Source: a virus (Duplodnaviria; Caudoviricetes). From it: a stretch of DNA of 32,543 nucleotides. The stretch is taken from IMG/VR virus record IMGVR_UViG_3300035523_000135; one strand, written 5' to 3'. Both the position numbers and the translations under genes were made by a program. This document shows, one piece after another, positions 25,580-32,543 of the stretch (positions are counted from its first letter, which is position 1; the number at the start of each line of letters is the position of its first letter). The notes beneath the pieces were generated by a model. The model was not told the DNA's origin, did no database searches, and worked only from the letters and a program-made list of their open reading frames with translations.

Positions 25580-27148
25580 ATGTCAACCATAGTCACCAAC
25601 GTCGCGGCCCTCAACGGGTTCAAAACGAAACTCAGGTCCAAACAATCAACTGTCGGCATCCACGTGTGCGCCAGTTTTCCGTACGGTGGCGGGGCGACCT
25701 ACCCGGACGAGCAGGGCTGGGGCACGCTGTTCAACCGCCGCATGGCCACGATTGGCGGCTACGGAGGCGCCATGATCGGCGGGAACATGGCATCCACGGA
25801 CGGGTACTGCGGACATTACCCGTCGTTCAGTTCCACCGCCGGCACGGCTTTCGGTATGGTGGGGGGCGGCATGGGCAACGCCGCGTTCGGGGGCGCCTCC
25901 ACGACCCGCTCGGGCGACACCACGATCGTCACGTTCCGGGGCCGCTACCTCGACATCATTTTCGGCAACCCGGGTTACCCGGCCCTGAACTGCGCAACCG
26001 TCACGTACAGCGTCAACTGCGTGCCCCCGGTCACCGGCTCGTTCAGCACGGCCCCATCCCCGGATGGCACCGATCAGTGGAACCGCTGCCGCACGATCGA
26101 CTGCGGGTATGACGCCGAGCACACCGTCACGCTCTACAAATCAGACACGACGTATTTGAACACCCGGATCGAAGGGATTGTGGCCCGGATGGCATCCGGA
26201 CGGGGCTACATCGGCGCCAACCTGAGCATCAACGGCACGAATCTGACGAACGTCGCCACGTTCGCGACGACCCTCGACAAGGCTATGGCTATCTGGGGCT
26301 GCCAGCTCCGCCACGACGGGACCCGCTACTGGACCCCCGATATCGGGTTTTTCGACCTGTTTGGTAACGAATGGCTGACCGGCCCGGCCGACGCCGCCGC
26401 GCTCGCCGCGCTTTACACCAGCTCATACGCGAAAATCGACACCGTGTTCGGCTATTGGGCGACCCGGCCTTTCCCCATCGTCATCCCGTGCTACCCGCGC
26501 CGCAAATCGGACACCGGGACCGCCGGCGTCAACGACGGGGCGACGAGCGATCAGTATATGCGGGACTGCCTCACGCGCGCCCAGGCGGCGCACCCGATGG
26601 TCGTCGGAGTCGATATGACCGATCTCTGGGGCGGCACGCGCGCGGGCGCGGTCACGGCCGGATGGCTGACGGGAACATGGCATCCGACCACGGCGGGACA
26701 CGCGTCAATCGAAAATGAGATTTCGCGGGCGCTGGGCCTGGCCGGGGCGGAATACGACATGGTGATCCGCGACACGGTCAACGCCACATCCGCGACCCGG
26801 AGGGCCATCCTGCTGAGCGGCGGAGCCGGCCTGATCTGGCACAAGGGCGATACCGGCCCGGGCGCATTTATCGAGACGACCGACAGCGCCCAGGCGAACG
26901 TCGATCTCAGCGCTCTCTACACATCCGCCACGGTCGTCATCCGGCGCACCGACAAGACGGACGTGGTTCTGCCCGGAACATTCACGTCCGCCGTCCCGCC
27001 CGGAGGGACTGAGACCCGTTACGGCATCGCCTGCGCATGCCCTCCGACCGACACCGTCAGCGTCCTCAACGTGGCAATCCATTTGACGACCGAGTCCGGC
27101 ACGATCGAAACCATCCCGAACGAACTGACCTGGTTCGTGCGCGCGTAA
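25580..27148 (+). CDS. Tail-associated SGNH/GDSL-esterase-like protein with C-terminal BppU-like domain
   Basis: Block-like motifs VCASFPYG, NLSINGT, FGNE, WHPTTAGH; C-terminal HKGDTGP...VDLS...ETIPNE; AGGAG RBS. Confidence 0.6.
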   Translation: MSTIVTNVAALNGFKTKLRSKQSTVGIHVCASFPYGGGATYPDEQGWGTLFNRRMATIGGYGGAMIGGNMASTDGYCGHYPSFSSTAGTAFGMVGGGMGNAAFGGASTTRSGDTTIVTFRGRYLDIIFGNPGYPALNCATVTYSVNCVPPVTGSFSTAPSPDGTDQWNRCRTIDCGYDAEHTVTLYKSDTTYLNTRIEGIVARMASGRGYIGANLSINGTNLTNVATFATTLDKAMAIWGCQLRHDGTRYWTPDIGFFDLFGNEWLTGPADAAALAALYTSSYAKIDTVFGYWATRPFPIVIPCYPRRKSDTGTAGVNDGATSDQYMRDCLTRAQAAHPMVVGVDMTDLWGGTRAGAVTAGWLTGTWHPTTAGHASIENEISRALGLAGAEYDMVIRDTVNATSATRRAILLSGGAGLIWHKGDTGPGAFIETTDSAQANVDLSALYTSATVVIRRTDKTDVVLPGTFTSAVPPGGTETRYGIACACPPTDTVSVLNVAIHLTTESGTIETIPNELTWFVRA

Positions 27149-27163
27149 TCACAGGAGCACCCC

Positions 27164-27517
27164 ATGTCCGTAACCACATTGATCGCCCCGTCTCCATACA
27201 TCCTCGTCCGGCAGGGATCCGCGCCGCAGCCGGCTGCCGCCCCCGTCGTTCCGGTTGCCGCCGAGGCGGCGCCGCGCCTGGACCGGTCGATCCTGGTACC
27301 GGTACCCGTCGGCGCGTCGGTATGCGTCGTCGACACGAGCGGCCACCCGGTCCCGTCCTGGGTGACGGCGGCCGAGGTCACTGCGGACTGGAACGGCGTA
27401 GCAGTCGACGATATCGGCATCACGATCGGTCCGCTCGGCCGTTCGGTCACTATCACGCTCGACGGCACGCAGACGTTCGGCGCGGACGATACCCTGCGGC
27501 TCAAGTACCCGGTCTGA
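27164..27517 (+). CDS. Small beta-rich tail-associated protein
   Basis: AGGAG RBS; ends in DTLRLKY as in phage Ig-like modules. Confidence 0.6.
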   Translation: MSVTTLIAPSPYILVRQGSAPQPAAAPVVPVAAEAAPRLDRSILVPVPVGASVCVVDTSGHPVPSWVTAAEVTADWNGVAVDDIGITIGPLGRSVTITLDGTQTFGADDTLRLKYPV

Positions 27518-27531
27518 AGGAAGGCGCCCCC

Positions 27532-30186
27532 ATGCGAAAACACATATCAATGGCCGTTGGCCACCAGTATCTGATCACCCTGGCGCTCTGCGCGCTGTCC
27601 GTCATCCCGGCGGCCGGCCAGCGGATATCCAATCAACAACTGCCCGTCGTCGCCCTCGGCCGGGGCGGCACCGGTTACGCCGCGGCGGACCTCAACGCGC
27701 TCAAAACCTACCTCGGCATCGGGACGGGCGGCGGCACGTGGGGCTCCATAGCGGGGACGTTGGCCAATCAGACCGACCTCTCGGCGGCGCTCGCCGGCAA
27801 AGCCCCGCTTAACGGTGCCGGGGCGACTGGGACGTGGCCCATATCGATATACGGCAACGCTGGCACCGCGACCACGGCGACGGGCCTCTCGGCGACGGAG
27901 GGCGGAACCATTGGGTCTATCAGCTACACCAACGCCACCGGCTGGCAGTTTACGGACGACAACCCGAACATGTCGGGGTACACGTTCAATGGCGGGCCAG
28001 TGTTCGGAAACTTCATCGGCATGTTTTCCGGCAACGCGGACACGGCGACCATGGCCGGCGGGCTGTGGGACGGTTACACCGCCTCCGGTATAAGCGCCGA
28101 CGCGAGCGGTTGGGTGTCGACAGCGGACATCAAGGCGCCGCATTTTCGCGGGAGCGGGGCGTACCTGACGGAGCTCCCCGCCCAGACCAACATCCCGACC
28201 TATTACATCACGTCTGGGGTTTTTGATAGTGCTCGATTGGGTGCTGGGTCTGGCGACGCCGCGGCCGTCCTCGGCATGAACGGGACAGGGTGGATCAAAT
28301 TCTTTCAGAACGCGAGCGCCGGGGATCCCATGGGTCCCGGCTCTCCGACCACGACACTGACAGCCGCTATCGCCAGTTTCGGCACGAACCTGCAAGTCGC
28401 GTCCACCGCGGGCTACCCTCCGACGGGGGCGCTCAAGATCGATAACGAATACGTCGGTTATTCATCCATCCCCGACGGGACGCATTTCACCCTCAATTTC
28501 CGGGCGTACGTCGGGTCCACGAGCGCGTCGCACGCGCTTGGGGCTACCGTGTATTACGCTCCCCGCTACGCCGCCTTTACGTACCTGGCATCCGCGTTCG
28601 GCGCGACGGACACCGTGCTGAATGTGACATCGACAGTCGGGTTCCCAACGTCCGGCTGGATGCTGATCGGCACAGAGTTGTTCTATTACGCCAAAATCGT
28701 AAACGCTACTCAGTTCGGAGGGCTCATCCGACCATGCCCGGTGTCGCATGCGAACGGCACAGCGGTCATGCCTGATTGCCGGGGGACCGAGACGTACGCG
28801 CCGATGTTCGGGCCAGGCACATTCGTCGCCAACGTAGCAACCGTCCCCGCGCTGTCGGTGGTGAATTCGACCGCGTCTCCGACCGCCGACCTGGTGGACG
28901 TTTGGGCCAATGGCGCCATCGTCGCGAGCATAGGGCCTGGGGGAGCGATCACAGCGCCATCGTTCACGGGCGCCGTCGCCGGCAACGCGTCTACCGCCAC
29001 CACGGCGGCCGGCGTGACGATGGCGGGCGGCGCGTCCGGGCAATTCCTCGGGTGGACGACCGGCGGCGTGGCGACGTGGCAAACCCCGTCCGGATCAGGC
29101 GGCGGGACATGGGGATCCATAGCCGGAACGTTGAGTGATCAGACCGATCTCTCGACGGCCCTCGCGGGCAAACTCGGACTCCACGCGACTGCCGACGCGG
29201 CAACGACCGCGACGTCGGCGGCCACCGCCGCGAATGCGACCCGGGCCGACACGGCGGGGGGACTCGCCACATACAGCGGAACCGAGCTCCTGGGGTCGCT
29301 GACGTGGGACGGCACCCGATACACCGGCTCCAGGGTCGGCGTCGCCGAATCGGCGCTGGGTCTCTCGGCGACGGATGGGGGAAACATCGGCACCGCGACC
29401 TATTCCAGCGCCGGGGGATGGCAGTTCGCGGGCGGCGTAGTGTCCGGGAGTTTCGTGGGAAACCTTGCCGGCAACGCGAACACGGTCACGAACGGCGTGT
29501 ACACAACGGGCGCGGGAGTTGTCTACCTCGCCCCGAACGGCTCCGCGGCCGCACTCACGTCGTTTCCAACGCTCAATCAGGACACAACCGGGTCGGCTGC
29601 GAAACTCGGCAGCATCACCGGCATCCCGGTCTGTTCAGCCGGAACGCCGACGGCCGTCATTTGGCCGAGCGGCATCCTCAAAGGCGCGAACACGACGGCG
29701 ACTCCGGTGGCCGCGACTGCCGGGACCGACTACGTCGTCCCGTCGGGATCCGTAACGGGCAGTTCGGGGTCGGTCGCGTTGACGGCCGCCCCGGGCGCAG
29801 ACCACACGACCAGCGGCACCACCATCCAGCTCGTGGCCGCGCAGGCGCAGGCCATCGGCGACGTGTGCTGCATCAACGCGTCGGGACAGGCGACACTCGC
29901 GAAAGCGGACGCTATTGCGAACGCCAGTGCCGTCGTCATGGTTGCGGATGCGACCATCGGATCGGGAGCGACCGGGAATTATCTCGTGATGGGCGTGGCC
30001 CGTGACGACACCTGGAACTGGACGGTGGGCGGGACGGTGTATCTGTCCACGACCGGAACGACCGGCAACACGCTCACACAGACTGCACCGTCCGCGGCGA
30101 ATAACGTCATCCAGGTCATTGGAGTGGCGATCCACGCGGACCGCATGCTGTTCAACCCGTCGCTCGTCCAAGTGGAGCACAACTGA
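27532..30186 (+). CDS. Tail-fibre/adhesin-like protein (884 aa) with predicted N-terminal signal peptide
   Basis: ATG at 27532 after AAGGAAGG; fibre motifs LGRGGTG, two WGSIAGTLxxQTDL, several GNAxTAT; two tandem VxSTxG(Y/F)PxxG domains; C-terminal WNWTVGGTVYLST domain. Confidence 0.8.
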   Translation: MRKHISMAVGHQYLITLALCALSVIPAAGQRISNQQLPVVALGRGGTGYAAADLNALKTYLGIGTGGGTWGSIAGTLANQTDLSAALAGKAPLNGAGATGTWPISIYGNAGTATTATGLSATEGGTIGSISYTNATGWQFTDDNPNMSGYTFNGGPVFGNFIGMFSGNADTATMAGGLWDGYTASGISADASGWVSTADIKAPHFRGSGAYLTELPAQTNIPTYYITSGVFDSARLGAGSGDAAAVLGMNGTGWIKFFQNASAGDPMGPGSPTTTLTAAIASFGTNLQVASTAGYPPTGALKIDNEYVGYSSIPDGTHFTLNFRAYVGSTSASHALGATVYYAPRYAAFTYLASAFGATDTVLNVTSTVGFPTSGWMLIGTELFYYAKIVNATQFGGLIRPCPVSHANGTAVMPDCRGTETYAPMFGPGTFVANVATVPALSVVNSTASPTADLVDVWANGAIVASIGPGGAITAPSFTGAVAGNASTATTAAGVTMAGGASGQFLGWTTGGVATWQTPSGSGGGTWGSIAGTLSDQTDLSTALAGKLGLHATADAATTATSAATAANATRADTAGGLATYSGTELLGSLTWDGTRYTGSRVGVAESALGLSATDGGNIGTATYSSAGGWQFAGGVVSGSFVGNLAGNANTVTNGVYTTGAGVVYLAPNGSAAALTSFPTLNQDTTGSAAKLGSITGIPVCSAGTPTAVIWPSGILKGANTTATPVAATAGTDYVVPSGSVTGSSGSVALTAAPGADHTTSGTTIQLVAAQAQAIGDVCCINASGQATLAKADAIANASAVVMVADATIGSGATGNYLVMGVARDDTWNWTVGGTVYLSTTGTTGNTLTQTAPSAANNVIQVIGVAIHADRMLFNPSLVQVEHN

Positions 30187-30893
30187 TGAAACGCCTACTC
30201 CTCACACTTGCCCTGTTCACGGCGGCGGTCGCGTACGCGGCGACGCCCGTGTATCTGACCGACTCGGCATCCGACATCAACCCCGGCGCCGAAACCGAAC
30301 TCGCCACGGCGTTCACGCGCGGGGCGGGCGTCCAGTCGGCGACATGTACAACGACATCGGGCGGGACCCTGATACAACTCGCCAAATCGGGCACGGCCGT
30401 CACGTGGCTGACAGGACCTCTGAACGCCGTCACGATCGCGGGAACCATCACGTTCAACTGCTGGGCCCAGGAGTCCAGCAACAGCGCGAACTCAACGATC
30501 AAAATCAAAATCGAGCGCACAAACGCGGCCGGCGCCGTACAGAGCGTCATCCTCGACGCGGCGTACGGCTCCGAGCTGCCCACGAACAACAACACCGCCA
30601 AGTCGTGGACGGGGACGCCGACCAGCACCGGCATCCTCGCCGGAGAGCGCATCAAAATCACGATCAAATGCGTCAACAGCGGGACGATGGGGGCCGGCTA
30701 CACCGTGACCGGATATTACGCCGGGACCACCGCGGCCGCATCCGGTGATACCTACGTGTCGTTCACGGAGGCGGTCGCGCCCTACACGACGACATCCATC
30801 AAGGCGGTGAGCCGGGTCGCCTACGTCGGCATCGGCAAGGTCGCCGGGCTGACCCCCGCGGACAGCAAGGCGGTTGCCGGCGTGCCGGACTGA
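30186..30893 (+). CDS. Signal-peptide-bearing beta-sandwich protein in the tail module
   Basis: MKRLLLTLALFTAAVAYA|A; Thr-rich beta content; C-terminal repeat IKAVSRV/IGKVAGL/SKAVAGV; TGATG-coupled to the fibre gene. Confidence 0.75.
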   Translation: MKRLLLTLALFTAAVAYAATPVYLTDSASDINPGAETELATAFTRGAGVQSATCTTTSGGTLIQLAKSGTAVTWLTGPLNAVTIAGTITFNCWAQESSNSANSTIKIKIERTNAAGAVQSVILDAAYGSELPTNNNTAKSWTGTPTSTGILAGERIKITIKCVNSGTMGAGYTVTGYYAGTTAAASGDTYVSFTEAVAPYTTTSIKAVSRVAYVGIGKVAGLTPADSKAVAGVPD

Positions 30894-30943
30894 TCGACAC
30901 CACTACAACAACCAAGCGGCAGAAACGCCGATCGGAGGATCGC

Positions 30944-31249
30944 ATGAACGCATACACATACCATCAGGGCGACACGGAACCGGCCAGGGTTATCGGCCTC
31001 GCGAGCTCGACGGGCGGGACCTGGCTGCACGCTGGCGATACCGTCGCCGCCCACGACCATTTGCCCGACGGGACGGTTGTCATCATCAACGCCGCCATCA
31101 CCGACCAGGGCGACGGCGCCACGCCCGCCACGATCACCATCCCCGCGCCATCAACAATCCTCGTCGGCAACGTCCGGACCCGGATCGTGCGGACGGGCAG
31201 CCACTCCGAAACGATGCCTACGGAGATCGTATACGTCGTCGTCCCGTAA
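30944..31249 (+). CDS. Small BppU-N-like (Ig-fold) tail protein
   Basis: GGAGG RBS; HQGDTEP...ETMPTE parallels the C-terminal domain of 25580-27148. Confidence 0.6.
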   Translation: MNAYTYHQGDTEPARVIGLASSTGGTWLHAGDTVAAHDHLPDGTVVIINAAITDQGDGATPATITIPAPSTILVGNVRTRIVRTGSHSETMPTEIVYVVVP

Positions 31250-31331
31250 CGCTCGGCAACCCCGCAGCGGATACGGGTAATCCGACCCGTGTCCCCGCCG
31301 ACCGCCCTCGATCTCCACGTTAGGACACCGG

Positions 31332-31847
31332 ATGATCATGACGCAGACCCACAGCCTCCGCAGCTATTTGCCCTTCATCGAACGAGAGGACGACCAGCCC
31401 ATGAACCGCATCATTTTCGCCGCCGCTCTCTGCGAAACCGACCCCGTGCGGATGTGGCGCTTGTTCAGGCTCTGCCTGGCCGCGGCCTGGACAGCCGTAG
31501 TACATGAGATCTGGGGCACAGGCCCTGAGCTCGCCCCGGCCCATTTGTACCTTCAACTCATGCTGGTCGACTTTGTGACGGGCCTAAGCGCCGCCTGGGC
31601 AGGCCACAGGACGATAACGTCCAGGATCGCCCACACGGGCGTCCTGCGCAAGCTCGTTGGTGGCCTTGGCGCCCTCGCCATGGCCCACGCGATCGACGAC
31701 CACATGGGTCTCGGCGGGGCGGCTGTCCGGGATCTCGGCATGCTGCTGGTCGGGGTCGAGTCTATCTCCATCGTTGAAAACCTGAGTCTGCTCGGGATCA
31801 AAATCCCGACCGGATGGTTTGGGAAGCTGGTTGGCCCGCCCGATTGA
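31332..31847 (+). CDS. Phage holin (Phage_holin_4_1-like); start may be 31401
   Basis: LMLVDFVTGLSAAW...ITSRIAHTGVLRKL...ESISIVENLSLLGIKIP signature; hydrophobic segments. Confidence 0.85.
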   Translation: MIMTQTHSLRSYLPFIEREDDQPMNRIIFAAALCETDPVRMWRLFRLCLAAAWTAVVHEIWGTGPELAPAHLYLQLMLVDFVTGLSAAWAGHRTITSRIAHTGVLRKLVGGLGALAMAHAIDDHMGLGGAAVRDLGMLLVGVESISIVENLSLLGIKIPTGWFGKLVGPPD

Positions 31848-31867
31848 ACAGGGTCAGCTGACCCTGT
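31848..31867. repeat. Dispersed palindrome, copy 6 (20-bp perfect), at the holin / HTH gene convergence
   Basis: ACAGGGTCAGCTGACCCTGT; it supplies the stop codon of the minus-strand gene. Confidence 0.95.
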
Positions 31868-32543
31868 CGGCAGGGAGGATAGGGTTCGCGTATGCTGCGG
31901 CGTCGGACTTCTTAATCAGCCACCGCCCTGGGCGCCGATCTTTCGACAGGCGAGTGTCCTCAGGGTCGTCGGCGATCTCCCAGGGCGCCCATTGGGCGGG
32001 CAGGCGTCCTTGGTAAATGGCCTTCCTGACCGCCTTCGCGGTAATGCCTTTCAGGGCCGCGACTTCCGGCACGGTCATATCATCGGCCGCCTTGACCACG
32101 TTCGGACTGGAACCCGCGCCGCCGGCGTTTCGGTGTCCTGGACGCCAGGCCAGCAGGTCTTCGCGGTTGATATACCAGTGACCCTGGTGTGTGTTACCTC
32201 GACTCGGGACAGCCGTGGGAGCGGGTGGGTCGTGTGGCGACCACCGGGCGGACAGGCGGTGGGTATGGATTGCCTGCCGTAATGCCGTTTCGGTGACGCC
32301 TTTCAGAGCCACGGCCTCCGCAATACTCAGTTCACCGTCGCGTTTCGGTCCGGGATCTACAACGACAGCACCAGCGCGCGGTTGCCGGTCTTCTGCGTCC
32401 CAGGCTTCTGCGTCTTGCGGCGCGATCCTCCACACGCTGCGGCCCGGACGCTTCTTGGTGCTGGGGGGCAGCACGATTTTGATTGCCGCCAGGCGCCCGT
32501 GTCTGATGGCCAAACAAACCGCTCCGCGCGTGACGCCCTTCAT
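31854..32543 (-). CDS. DNA-binding protein with three tandem excisionase/MerR-like (HTH_17-type) domains; probably 5'-truncated by the window edge
   Basis: Three repeats of (x-E-x-x-A-L)KG(V/I)T..A(V/L)..AI..(G/H)RL.A...W.I; the first repeat lacks its first helix. Confidence 0.8.
   Translation of the reverse strand: MKGVTRGAVCLAIRHGRLAAIKIVLPPSTKKRPGRSVWRIAPQDAEAWDAEDRQPRAGAVVVDPGPKRDGELSIAEAVALKGVTETALRQAIHTHRLSARWSPHDPPAPTAVPSRGNTHQGHWYINREDLLAWRPGHRNAGGAGSSPNVVKAADDMTVPEVAALKGITAKAVRKAIYQGRLPAQWAPWEIADDPEDTRLSKDRRPGRWLIKKSDAAAYANPILPADRVS

Larger units (their letters stand above)
2117..32543. mobile_element. Temperate siphovirus-like prophage, HK97-type head, long non-contractile tail; continues beyond the window
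   Basis: Integrase directly after the tRNA 3' end; ordered terminase-portal-protease-capsid-neck-tube-chaperone-tape measure-fibre-holin genes; no sheath gene seen; no second copy of the tRNA 3' end (attR) seen. Confidence 0.93.

Noticed and set aside
27727-29172. Fibre internal repeats as DGR or shufflon sites
   Set aside because: Differences are mostly synonymous, the repeats are direct and in frame, and no RT or invertase is adjacent.
9500-31300. Many long antisense or alternate-frame ORFs (e.g. 14517-15311, 19732-20478, 23296-24180, 27547-28395)
   Set aside because: Expected shadows of high-GC codon bias opposite well-supported genes; no motifs or RBSs.
9583-31847. Gene transfer agent, tailocin or contractile injection system
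   Set aside because: An integrase at a tRNA, early genes and full head genes are present, and no sheath gene is seen; this fits an ordinary siphovirus-type prophage.

Overview
Bases 1-2116 are host chromosome: two paralogous secreted proteins, a REP-like palindrome and tRNA-Val(TAC). Bases ~2117-32543 are the left ~30 kb of a temperate siphovirus-like prophage, probably integrated at the tRNA 3' end; attR is not in the window. Gene order: tyrosine integrase; a ~0.7-kb structured non-coding region; a leftward early operon (sigma70-family factor, wHTH, HNH, PD-(D/E)XK-like, RHH and small proteins) behind a near-consensus sigma70 promoter; a rightward morphogenesis operon (TerS, TerL, HK97-type portal/protease/capsid, neck, tail tube, -1 frameshifted chaperone, tape measure, tail-tip, esterase-like and fibre proteins, holin); and a convergent triple-HTH gene at the edge. 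The strongest unexplained signals are: (1) a 16-bp palindrome AGGGTCAGCTGACCCT at six dispersed sites (four exact), three of them mid-gene; (2) two tail-module genes that begin with Sec-type signal peptides; (3) an iteron/mini-hairpin-rich region next to int with no visible replication gene; (4) two further repeat families in the early region. No CI repressor or endolysin is recognisable in the window. All protein calls come from motif recognition and gene order, not database searches.
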